From Mustelus asterias (Eukaryota): DNA of 64,000 nucleotides. Under the pieces are notes generated by a model, which was given only the letters and a program-made list of their open reading frames with translations, was not told the DNA's origin and did not search any database. Location of the stretch: contig NW_027590274.1 of the NCBI RefSeq assembly GCF_964213995.1, positions 62,001-126,000 of the forward strand, given 5' to 3'. The translations under genes were made by a program, and so were the position numbers. Shown here piece by piece: positions 50,476 through 62,058 of this stretch (position 1 is its first letter; each line of letters begins with the position of its first letter).

Positions 50476-52359
50476 GCCTTTGGATTGTTGGTGCGAGCTC
50501 TGTTCTGTTGAGCGTTAAGTAGGAGTGCGGTTGTTGCAGTGCAGCGGCGCTCACAGGCGCTCAGATACACACCGAGAGGAAACCAAATTAACCCCGGATC
50601 AAACTGTCACCCAACAGTTAGCAGGAGAGACTGAGAAAATGAAATGCAGAACTGCAGTGGAACAGAGAAACATCACATAATCATAACTGAAGCCACCCGT
50701 TATAATCCCCGCCCTCAATGATCCGACGTCCTGTGTGAGCTGGATGTCAGTGAAAGGAAACACCTCGATCTGTGCTGCAGCCAATGTCCTGGTGGGAGAC
50801 AGCGTTCTGCTGTGTGGGTTGGTTTGTTAATGATCATCAGAAAAACAATAGTTAAAGGAAAAGGGGAAACAAGATTAGCCTCAGGAGACACCCTGAAGCA
50901 CAAGCAGCTCATTCTCAATTCTCAGTTACTACTTTGTGGAACAAGTTGGTTGCAGATACGCTGTTTCTGATCCAGTAACACGCACTGATTAAATATAGCT
51001 CTGAACAGACCAGTTGTAAGCTGCTGGAGAGTGAGGGAGGAGATGATAAATGGTTGTTTCATAGGCGGGCAGGTGGGGAACGGGTAGTAAAGGAGACAAA
51101 AAGCACATTAAAATATCATGAGCGCATTTATGACGTTTAACTTCTGTATAAAGGCGACTTGTAATCAACTAATGTAATAAGTCCACTGGTGGCCATGTGA
51201 ACATACAAATTCGGAGCTGGAGTAGGCAACCGTGCCACCTCGAGACTGCCCGACATTTGATAAGATCCTGGCGGATTGAATTGTGACATCTCTATTTCCA
51301 TGTCTCCCCTGTACACTCTGACTCCCTGGTCATTCAATAATCGACCTCACCCCGTCCTAATTGTTTTCAATGAACTTGCCACCACTGATTTCTGGGGAAG
51401 GGGATATCACAGACCAAATAACATCATGGTGACAAAAAGGCATAATCTCATCATTTCTGAGGGGACCTTGAGGAGTTTATTAACATTATCTCCCAAGTTT
51501 TTGTCCCTGTCACAAAGGAAACATCCTTTTAGTTTGGAATTAACCTCTGCACATTCTATACTGACCCAGCGATGATAACGGAAAAACCGTATAATTCCAG
51601 GAATGAATGATACGGATTTTTTCTGTTTTATTCAAATAGGTTATGTATTTTTAAAATATCTTTAACACTATGCTATATTACTCTGCACACAACTGGCCTT
51701 GACAGGCCGGAAGGAGATTTATTGGAATGGTATTTGTGATCAGGGAGCTCTCCAAATTTGGTCAGCTCAAACAGTGTAAAACTGATAGCAATTCCGCACC
51801 ACTCGAGGTCACTGGGGGACGAGACACCAAAACTTTCTCCAAAACAAACCATTTTAAAATTAATTTGACCGAGTGTGGGATTCGTTGCTGAGTCCACAAT
51901 TTATTGTATTCCCTAATTGCTTTTCAAATGGTGGTGATGATGTTGGGGCTGCCCTCTTCCAGGCCAGCTGATATCAAGAAAACCAAACTCAGCTGTGAGT
52001 TCAAACTGCAGTTTCACTATCTTGCGATTAAACTATTACAATATCACCATCTGGTGGTGACTTGCACTTACGGCAGGCGCTGGCCTCTGTGAGTCTCGGG
52101 GAAGTTCAGGCACTGGATGGCTGGAACTGGCATCCGGTTGATGAAGTGCCAATATGGAATAAGATTGTTCATTCCCTTTTGCAAACTTTCATTCCTAAAT
52201 TGGAATGGAAGTTTGCAACATGTGCTCGGGTGGTGCATTCGCCTATTTGTCACCAGGCACTGTATAAGAATTTTGTGACCCATTCCCCATGGGAGATATT
52301 GTCTGGAGTTGCAGTTCGGGATTATTGTGTACATTAATATTTAAAATAAATATTATTGA

Positions 52360-52542
52360 AGATATATGGCACGGGAGATACGTTTCAAGATCTACCGGAC
52401 AGATGTTCTTGCTGTTTTGCGCAAAGGAAATAAAACTGTTCTTTTTGATGTTGCCGGGATGCTTCTCTCTGACACCGCCGTGTATCACTGTGCCACGGAG
52501 CCCACACTGCTGCAGAGATAGAGCGGATCCCAGACAATAACC
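52360..52542 (+). pseudogene. 3' fragment of a V segment with RSS (52503-52542)
   Basis: ..LAVLRKGNKTVLFDVAGMLLSDTAVYHCATE, then CACACTG + 24 nt + ACAATAACC; 5' half absent. Confidence 0.75.
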
Positions 52543-52568
52543 CCACACATGGGAGTTCCAGTTAGGTA

Positions 52569-52581
52569 CCACTAGATGGCG
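52569..52581 (+). promoter_or_regulatory. CTCF-like core motif 26 bp after the RSS nonamer
   Basis: CCACTAGATGGCG fits the consensus. Confidence 0.6.
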
Positions 52582-53357
52582 GTCTTACGCTGGTAAACAT
52601 AATCAATAATTCACTCTCCATGTAAGTCACAGGGAACTTCCCAAGAGGTCAGAAAAAAAACACAATCTCAACAAGAGGTGAGCAACATTTGAGGAGTTAT
52701 ATTAGTTTATTTTAACTTGCATTTGTGCTATCGCCGATCTTCTTAAATCTATTCCATTTAGCTCAGTTGTTGCCCTTGGATGCAGTTTCCGTGTCTCTAA
52801 TATTGAACAACTCAATCCCCCTCTCCCCTGACAGGTTTCTGAAGTCTATTACCGCGGCCTGGTCACTGGGTTTATTTGATCCGAGAGATGTACTGCTTCC
52901 GAGAAAGTGTATACACAATGAAGAAATTTCACAATGAAGTGACTGTGATCTTTTAAATAGACATTGAGCACAGAATTTCCCCAATGACCAGTGAACTTCA
53001 GAATGTTTCCTCAATGATGCTTGTTACTATAAAGCAACCAAGAATTTGCAGCTGCCAATTAACAGAGCAGGGTTTCATCCCCGCAACCCCATCCGGAAAA
53101 GTGCACCCGTTCCCCTATCGAGATGCTGAAATCAGCTCGGCTCGAGGGATTTCCTTTCGATATCAGCCAGCTCATAACTGAGAGATCTCACAGACTCAGA
53201 GAGACACAATGATTGAAGTGGCAGGATACTGGACACACTTGGGCTGATCACAGGTTAATGAGCAATCTTGCATAACTGACAGTCACATTATGGCTGCATC
53301 TGCCCGCGATTCTGAGCAACCCGCAGCAGACAGGGTTTTCAACCTATAGTTAAAGAC

Positions 53358-53396
53358 AGTTTTTGTGCAGCAGTCAGACTGCTTTCCATCACTGTG
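53358..53396 (-). other. 23-RSS
   Basis: CACAGTG + 23 nt + ACAAAAACT. Confidence 0.94.
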
Positions 53397-53854
53397 AGTT
53401 TCAGCGAGAGCGCAGTAGTACAAGGCAGTGTCAGTCAGCTGCAGACCCGAGATGGTCAAACTGGTGAATTTACTCGATGCCTGAAGTTCTCCAGAGAAGC
53501 GGCTTTCAGCAAAATCTGCTACATCTTCACCAAACAATGAGTTCTTCCCCACTGTAACACAGGGTGTTGCCGGTACCAGTGTAAATTGTAGTTGCTCATT
53601 GTAGTATCAAAGGTACAGTTTAAAGTCACCGTTTCTCCTACTGTCTGTTATTCTGAGGACAGCGACTGAGTAACAGAATCTCCATGACCCAGATCTGAAA
53701 AACATGTTCGAACGAAAACAGATCAGAACAACTGAATACGTAAAATTCAGTTCAAAAACAAATTTGTAAAATTAAAGTAGATATGAAATGCGTTTGGTCC
53801 ATAATTACCTGTCAGGAATGTTCCCCGCACAATCCAGAAGCTGAGTAGCAGCAT
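53397..53854 (-). pseudogene. TCR V pseudogene, same family as 49982; leader 53854-53809, V exon 53694-53397
   Basis: MLLLSFWIVRGTFLT|DLGHGDSVTQSLSSE*; frameshift after WYRQHP; ends DTALYYCAL. Confidence 0.92.
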
Positions 53855-54419
53855 CGTTGTTGTCTGCTCTGTAAAAGTGGAGTTGGATATTTGAAGACAC
53901 CCTTTCCAAACTTCACCCTGTATATTTTGCTGTCGTGTCTCGGAATGCTCTCACTGCATTTCCCTGTATCCGCTGTGGTGCTGTGGGGTTGGTAGCTGGT
54001 GAGCTGTCTGCCAGTGAATGGATTCACCCCGTGCTAGCTTCAGTCAGAGTTCCGATCGGACGAAATAGTTTCCTAGTTAGACACGTGGGAAGAGATTTGT
54101 AACCGGAAACATGGGGTCACTGATGGGGTTTATTTATTCCGGCTTCAATTCTTCATCTCCGATTCCAGTAGAATCGATGTCAGTGAGTGTGGGCGGATAA
54201 AACCCGAGTCTCAGCTTCTTTGATCAGTTCGACAGATAGGCGCCTCAGTTGGATACGAAGCAGGCGTTTGACTCCTTGTAAATTCTTCCGAATATTAAAC
54301 CCAGGTCCTGGTTCTAATCTGAACTCCCTGGACAACTGCTTCAGCAGAAATTTCATATGATCTGAAAAAAGCTTCGAATTTACAGACTCTCTTTGCTGAG
54401 TTTCGCTCTGACATGCACT

Positions 54420-54702
54420 GGGGTGACTGGAGCAGATGAGGTGATGCAGCTTCCTCGGTGGAAATGTTGTGAGTGAAGGGGGATCCGTATCCATGAACTG
54501 CACCACGACCACTACATTTAGCAACGCATATTGGTACAGACAGTCCCCGAATCAGCCACCCCAGTATCTGGTGATGGCCAGAACAGAAACCGATTAACGC
54601 GAGAGGATCACTGCCTCAATCGGCGGAGGCAGCAAATTCAGCGCCCTGACTGTGAGAGACGCCAAAGTTACAGACACTGCCACCTATCTCTGCGCCGTGA
54701 GC
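54420..54702 (+). pseudogene. TCR V-alpha-like pseudogene exon
   Basis: ADEVMQ / VSEGGSVSMNCT..AYWYRQSPNQPPQYL..D*..DAKVTDTATYLCAVS; frameshift, in-frame TAA, no clear acceptor. Confidence 0.9.
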
Positions 54703-54741
54703 CACAGTGTGACAAACATAGGGTGAGCCCATACAAAAACA
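54703..54741 (+). other. 23-RSS
   Basis: CACAGTG + 23 nt + ACAAAAACA. Confidence 0.93.
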
Positions 54742-55083
54742 TGCACAGACTGCGAGAGCAACTCTGCTGAGTCCGGAGTATCGGCAGAGTGAATGGAATT
54801 ATAAAAAGTCCATTAACAAAGGAAATGAGCGCAACACAAAATAAAATATAGAATCTAATTGTTAAAATTCCGTCAGAAATGAAGATAGATGAGAACAGAG
54901 ATGGAGAAGAAAAAAGAAGGACGATGTAAACCACAATGAGCGAGCAGCAAATTGAAATAGAAACGTTCAATCTTCATAGGAGAAATGGGCAGAACATGAG
55001 GGAACTATCGAAAGGGAAATTGAAGACACTGAAAAGCATTAATAAACGGGTTGAAGATCAGATTAAATCATAAATAAAAGTCG

Positions 55084-57762
55084 AACATAGAACAGTACAG
55101 CACAGAACAGGCCCTTCGGTCCACGATGTTGTGCCGAGCTTTATCTGAAACCAAGATTAAGTTATCCCACTCCCTATCATCCTGGTGTGCTCCATGTGCC
55201 AATCCAATAACCGCTTAAATGTTCCCAAAGTGTCTGACTCCACTATCACTGCAGGGAGTCCATTCCACACCCCAACCACTCTCTGCGTAAAGAACCTACC
55301 TCTGATATCCTTCCTATGTCTCCCACCATGAACCCTATAGCTATGCCCCCTTGTAATAGCTCCATCCACCCGAGGAAATAGTCTTTGAACGTTCACTCTA
55401 TCTATCCCCTTCATCATTTTATAAACATCTATGAAGTCTCCCCTCAGCCTCCCCCGCTCCAGAGAGAACAGCCCTGGCTCCCTCAACCTTTCCTCATAAG
55501 AGCTACCCTCCAAGCCAGGCAGCATCCTGGTAAATCTCCTCTGCACACTTTCCAGCGCTTCCACATCCTTCCTATAGTGAGGTGACCAGAACTGCACACA
55601 ATATTCCAAATGTGGTCTCACCAAGGTCCTGTACAGTTGCAGCATAAACCCACGGCTCTTAAACTCCAACCCCATGTTAATAAATGCTAACACACTCTAG
55701 GTCTTCTTCACAGCTCTATCCACTTGAGTGGCAACCTTTAGAGATCTGTGAATATGGACCCCAAGATCTCTCTGTTCCTCCACAGTCTTCAGAGCCCTAA
55801 CTTTGACCCTGTAATCCACATTTAAATTAGTCCTACCAAAATGAATCACCTCACATTTATCAGGGTTAAACTCCATTTGCCATTTTTCAGCCCAGCTTTG
55901 CATCCTATCTATGTCTCTTTGCAGCCTACAACAGCCCTCCACCTCATCCACTCCTCCCACGAATCTTGGTGTCATCAGCAAATTTACTGTTCCAGTCCTC
56001 AGCCCCCTCCTCTAAGTCATTAATAAAAATCATAAAGAGCAGAGGACCAAGCACTGATCCCTGTGGCACTCCGCTAGCAACCTGCCTCCAGTCCGAAAAT
56101 ATTCTATCCACCACCACCCTCTGTCTTCGATCAGATAGCCAGTTACCTATCCAATCGGCCAACTTTCCCTCTATCCCACACCTCCTTACTTTCATCATAA
56201 GCCGACCATGGGGGGCCTTATCAAACGCCTTACTAAAATCCATGTATATGACATCAACTGCCCTACCTTCATCAACACACTTAGTTACCTCCTCAAAAAA
56301 TTCTATCAAATTTGTGAGGCACGACTTGCCCTTCACGAATCCGTGCTGACTATCCCAGATTAATCCGCATCTTTCTAAATGGTCGTAAATCCTATCCCTA
56401 AGGATCTTTTCCATCAATTTACGAACCACCGAAGTAAGACTAACTGGTCTATAATTACCAGGGTCATTTCTATTCCCTTTCTTAAACAGAGGAACAACAT
56501 TCGCCACTCTCCAGTCCTCTGGCACCATCCGCGTGGGCAGTGAGGACCCAAAGATCAAAGCCAAAGGCTCTGCATTCTCATCCCTTGCCCCCCAAGAATC
56601 CTAGGATATATTTCATCAGGCCCAGGGGACTTATCGAACTTCATTTTATTCAAAACTGCCAGTACATCCTCCCTCCGAACATCCCTCCGATTTTTTTAAT
56701 GACTGAGAGGAGGAGGCTGAAGGATGGATCAGTAAATTTGCTGATGACACCAAGATTGGTGGAGTAGTGGATGAGGTGGAGGGCTGTTGTAGGCTGCAAA
56801 GAGACATAGATAGGATGCAAAGCTGGGCTGAAAAATGGCAAATGGAGTTTAACCCTGATAAATGTGAGGTGATTCATTTTGGTAGGACTAATTTAAATGT
56901 GGATTACAGGGTCAAAGGTAGGGTTCTGAAGACTGTGGAGGAACAGAGACATCTTGGGGTTCATATCCACAGATCTCTAAAGGTTGCCACTCAAGTGGGT
57001 AGAGCTGTGAAGAAGGCCTATAGTGTGTTAGCTTTTATTAACAGGGGGTTGGAGTTTAAGAGCCGTGGGGTTATGCTGCAACTGTACAGGACCTTGGTGA
57101 GACCACATTTGGAGTATTGTGTGCAGTTCTGGTCGCCTCACTATAGGAAGGATGTGGAAGCGCTGGAGAGAGTGCAGAGGAGATTTACCAGGATGCTGCC
57201 TGGTTTGGAGGATAGGTCTTATGAGGAAAGGTTGCGGGAGCTAGGGCTGTTCTCTCTGGAGCGGAGCAGGCTGAGGGGAGACTTAATAGAGGTTTATAAA
57301 ATGATGAAGGGGATAGATAGAGTGAACGTTCAAAGACTATTTCCTCGGGTGGATGGAGCTATTACAAGGGGGCATAACTATAGGGTTCGTGGTGGGAGAT
57401 GCAGGAAGGATATCAGAGGTAGGTTCTTTACGCAGAGAGTGGTTGGGGTGTGGAATGGACTGCCTGCAGTGATAGTGGAGTCAGACACTTTGGGAACGTT
57501 TAAGCGGTTATTGGATAGGCACATGGAGCACATCAGCATGATAGGGAGTGGGATAGCTTGATCTTTGTTTCAGATAAAACTCGGCACAACATCGTGGGCT
57601 GAAGGGCCTGTTCTGTGCTGTACTGTTCTATGTTCTATGTTCTATCTATTTCCTCCAGCCTATTAGCCTGTAACACCTTCTCTTCCTCAAAAACATGACC
57701 CCTCTCCTTGGTGAACACTGAAGAAAAGTATTCATTCATCACCTCGCCTATCCCTACTGACT
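55084..57762 (-). mobile_element. CR1 LINE (host copy), split at 56682/57646 by a second copy
   Basis: Minus-strand RT ORFs 55157-56564; 57646-57762 reads GEVMNEYFSSVFTKER..LEEI and continues into DVRREDVL at 56682. Confidence 0.9.
56683..57645 (+). mobile_element. same-family CR1 3' fragment inserted antisense inside the host copy
   Basis: ORF 56767-57561 is nearly identical to ORFs 55157-55981(-); (TGTTCTA)n tail. Confidence 0.92.
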
Positions 57763-59224
57763 AGCATGTGTTTTTTTCTTTAACATTTCTAATATTTACT
57801 TGCTATTTAAATCGTTGAATGTTCTGAAACATGTCACTGAAAGACCGACCACAGCAAGTTGCCCGACCGGTAAATTTTGGCTTTACTCATTATCCCGACT
57901 AGGGGATTTCACATTCACTTCATTGCAGTATTAATGTCACCTTTCTTGTGACAATGATCAATAAACTTTAAAATAATAAACGGAGAATAGGCTACCGATG
58001 GCATTGAACAGATACAGCACCTGAGGTTTATTAACAAGGCCGCAGATTTCAGAACACAAGGGGACACGTGTAAGCCTGCACACATCATTGGTCAGAACGC
58101 AGTTCAAATACTTAGATCCGTGTCGCGACTTTTCGTTCCTTTGTCGTTAATCTCAGTGACAGTGCGGAAGAGTTACTGGGAAAGATGAAGTGGGGATGAG
58201 AGAGAGAGCACCACATTAAGCGGAGGCTCGTCAATCGATTCGTGTTAACCTCAGAGACAGTGTGTAAGAAAGACTGGGAAGGATACAGTGGGGATGAGAG
58301 AGCACAGTGCTCAGCGGAAAGTAATCGGAAAATATCTGTACTCCTCAACGTCTTTACTCCAGGATCAGTGTAGCAACCCTTTTGGACAGAGAATTAAACA
58401 TTCCCACTGATTTCCGTGTTAATAACGTTTCTAACATCACCACAGCGACTACAGTACAAATGAGTTTCCTTGGGTTAGAAAGTGCTTTGGGATATCTGGA
58501 GTCTGTAAAAGGCTGTCAATAAATATATTTCCTTCTGTTTACGAGTCAAATTTCTTTCTAGAGATTAACTTCATTGTCCATATGCTTCCACGGTCCCAGT
58601 AAAGTTTATTTTTAATTTCATTTTCTTTAGTTCAGTCCGTTTGTCTCCCGTATTGGGTTAATGAATGTTCACCACCTCCTCTGATTTCCCGGGTTCTGTC
58701 TGCAGTCTATTCAGAAATTCTTTCCACTCCAGAGGACATCGGCAGTCTGGCAGGAATAAGAATCCGGGAATTTACCGAAGAGACACTGTAGTGCTCAAGG
58801 AATGCTGCACCGTCAGAGCTGCCAGCCTCTCGATAACCTGTGAAATCTTCCGTCTTTCCTCTCAGGTGGAGGTGCCGTATCACATGTTCACTGTTTCCAA
58901 GAAGAGTAGGAGAAATGTCCTGCTTGATATCTGTTCACCAATCACAATTACTGAAACAGTCAGAAAGCTGCAATATTATTGAATGAAATGACACGCTGAT
59001 GCCAAATTGGCTGCTGTGTTTCCCACAGTGACAGGGAAACAGTTTGGGACATCAAACTCTAGAAATATTCTAATGCCCATTCTCTAAACTGCCCCCATTG
59101 TTTTAGTTTGGTAATATCTTTAATAATAAAAAAGTGTATTGGAATTAAAATTTTAAGATGCCAACAAGACTCACTCTGATCACAACGTTTGTCTAATGCT
59201 CTGTTATGTTGAGTGAGGCTCTGA

Positions 59225-59262
59225 CAGTTTTGTACAGGTTCAGCCCAGCTGTGAGTTCTGTG
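59225..59262 (-). other. degenerate 23-type RSS
   Basis: CACAGAA + 22 nt + ACAAAACTG. Confidence 0.75.
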
Positions 59263-60030
59263 GGTCTCAGTGCGCAGTAATACACCACGGAGTCTGCCAG
59301 CTCTGTTTTAGACACCTTCAGCTCCGCAGAAAAACGGCACTCTGAAGATCTGTCTGTGTTCCCGGTGTATTTATTTGTCTGCACTAGATACTCCATGGAC
59401 CCGCTGGGATACTGACGGTACCAGAATAGATAAATGTGGTTGCTTGACGTTGTATAATTACAGAACAACCTAACATCATCTCCTTCAGTGACGGTGACTG
59501 CAGCCGGTGGCTGTGTAACAGAATCTTCTCGGGAATGTCCTGTAAGGGTACAAATAAATATTAACTTACACAATGCGACTTGTCTGTTTCCGCCCAGAAT
59601 CTGCCCGCCATGTTGAACAACAAAGTCATAAAGTCACGACAGTGCAGAAGGAGGCCATTCGACTTATCGAGTCTGCACTGACAACAATCTTACGGAGGCC
59701 CTATCCCCGTACCTCCACATATTTACCCTGCTAATCCATCTAACCTACGTATCCCAGGGCACAAAGGGTCTCAAACTCTCAAACTTAGCATGGCCAATGC
59801 AACTAACCAGCACATCTTTGGAATGGGAGGAAACCAGAGCACCCGGAGGAAACTCACGCAGACACGGGAAGAACGTGCAAACTCCACACAGACAGTGACC
59901 TAAACCGTGAATCGAACCCAGTTTCCTGGAGCTGTGAGGAAGCAATGCTAACCACTGTGTCACCGTACCGCCCACAATAATAACCTCAAAGACAAATCAG
60001 ACAACTGAACGGAAATATATTTTTCACAGT
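59263..60030 (-). pseudogene. TCR V pseudogene, paralog of 34251-34723; V exon 59539-59263 with a 27-nt FR3 deletion; SINE in the intron; leader defective
   Basis: EDSVTQPPAAVTVTEGDDVRLFCNY..LFWYRQYP..RFSAEL^KVSKTELADSVVYYCALR. Confidence 0.88.
59630..59975 (-). mobile_element. HE1-like SINE inside the V intron
   Basis: Full head, core and tail in reverse; absent from the paralog intron at 34555-34690. Confidence 0.88.
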
Positions 60031-61229
60031 ATATTCGCTGGAACGGGAAGGTGCTTGTGGTGATCGAATAAAACTTCCATCATAAACATTCTACACTTAC
60101 TAACGAGATCAGTTCCTCTGTAACTGTAACAGGAACTGCTCACTCTCTGTGTTTTAAAGTCTGGCGTTTGCAAAGACATTCACTGGCACCAGAGGAGTTT
60201 GAATCTCAGCCCAACTCTTCCTCTCTCATTCCTTGGGGTAAATGTGCCAACTCCCAACAAACAGTGTTCTGTTTTGAGACCAGCGAGATCCGAATGACTT
60301 TTCGAAATTGGGATCAATCCATTTCCCCGATCACCCACCCCTCGCCCCTTGCATTGAGCCCATTGAGCTCAACAGAATATAATGTGTGGTAAAGATGTGA
60401 AACACAGAATTGAATAACTTGTGAACCTACCGGTTAAAAGAGCTGACGCTGTGAGGAATAAGTACAGCGTAACAGGAAACATGTTTGAAGGGAGCTCGGA
60501 CGGATTTGACCAGAGCTGGTTGAAGCTGAAATTGTTTGCGGCAAGAAATGGGTAGAAGTTGAGTCACATCCTGGCTCCTGCTGATTGGTTCATTGCCAAC
60601 AACGTCATCACGTGGCATCCAATCGACTCAAGCTCCTGTTTTCCTGAATTCAACCAATAATTTCACAGCTCCTTTATCTCCATTTAATTCTATTGGTGGA
60701 GGGACGAAAGGGACAAAGTGAATTTCTTTCTCGCACGACAGGGAATTTGACAGGAATTGAAAGGATTTTTGGCCGTTTAACCCTTCCAATCACTCGGGTG
60801 AAGATAACGGAAGGAAACAGCGTTTGATTTTTCAGTACCTGTGCCTGAGGTCCCAATTAAATTAGCTTCTCTCTAACGATGAAATATCTCCACAGCCGTA
60901 AGCTGCAGCCCGGGAGTCATGAGGGATTGGAATAGAACAATGTGTTAAATAGATAAACGCCACATTGTAAATGAAATAAATGATTGAAGGGAGTGGATTG
61001 TGTGTTTGATGCATATGCGTAGAATGGGCATGTGTGTTCAACGCACGGGCTCAGTGATGTTGGAGTGAGATGTTATTTAGAAATATTTATAGGTTTCTTC
61101 CTTTAAAAATAACAATGTTTACAATAACTTAATATTAACTAACAGAGCCACAGGCTTCCACCAAAAATTGATGTTTGCATATAAACCTATTTGATTCAAT
61201 ATTCTGGTCAAACCTTCTTTCACAGCATC

Positions 61230-61296
61230 TTCCGAAACCGCAATCTCTAACAACTGTGGTGATTGCGCCAAATCCTAATCACTGGACTACCAGGAA
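61230..61296 (-). pseudogene. tRNA-Glu relic
   Basis: GGTGATTGCGCCAAATCCTAATCACTGGACTACCAGGAA resembles the reverse complement of the Glu 5' half. Confidence 0.6.
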
Positions 61297-62058
61297 ACTG
61301 CCTCCAAGGTTTTTAATCTAAACTACGCATGCTAACTTGGCGCTTTGCTTCTATTCCAACATTTACTTTTTGTACACCAGGGACAAGTCTGTCTGACAAG
61401 TGCCCCTTCATATGAACACATTTACTGCGGATGCTGGAATCTGAAACAAGAACAGAAAATGCTGGAAAATCTTAACAGGTCTGAAAGCACCTGCGAAGAG
61501 AGAATAGACTGAACGTTCACTGTCTGGATGACCCTTCGTTAGAGCTGAAGACAAATAAATTTGGACGAGATTTATACTGTAATGCTGAGGGATATGGGTG
61601 TTGGGTGGATGACCAAGGTGTCACATACAAATAAATAAAAAACAAAGGGAATTAATCATGGCTACGATGGCAGCCCATTTAGAGATCAGAATGTGTAAAT
61701 GGCAGGGCAAAGAATATGTAAGAGATGGCCCGAGTGGGGTGGAGGGAGAGGGGGCAACAAGATCGAAAGTGAGATTTTAAATAAACAATGCAAAACATGG
61801 AAATTAATATATATAAGCAATATAAAATAATAAAAATATATAAATAAGATGAAATTTAACAAAACAAAATACATGGAAATGGGGTGAAGATGGAGGAGAG
61901 ATGTTCTGAAGTTGTTGAGCTGGGGATCCACACAGATTTTAGATGGCGATCTAATCCAGTGTGATCTAATCCAACTCCATTGATTCTGTTCACTGCCAAT
62001 ACCGGCTTGATAGCAATGACTTCTGCTGGTGGCATTGATGGGAAGTCGAAGACACTAA

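Noticed and set aside
50735-50800. ELDVSERKHLDLCCS resembles V FR1
   Set aside because: No downstream WYRQ, YYC or RSS
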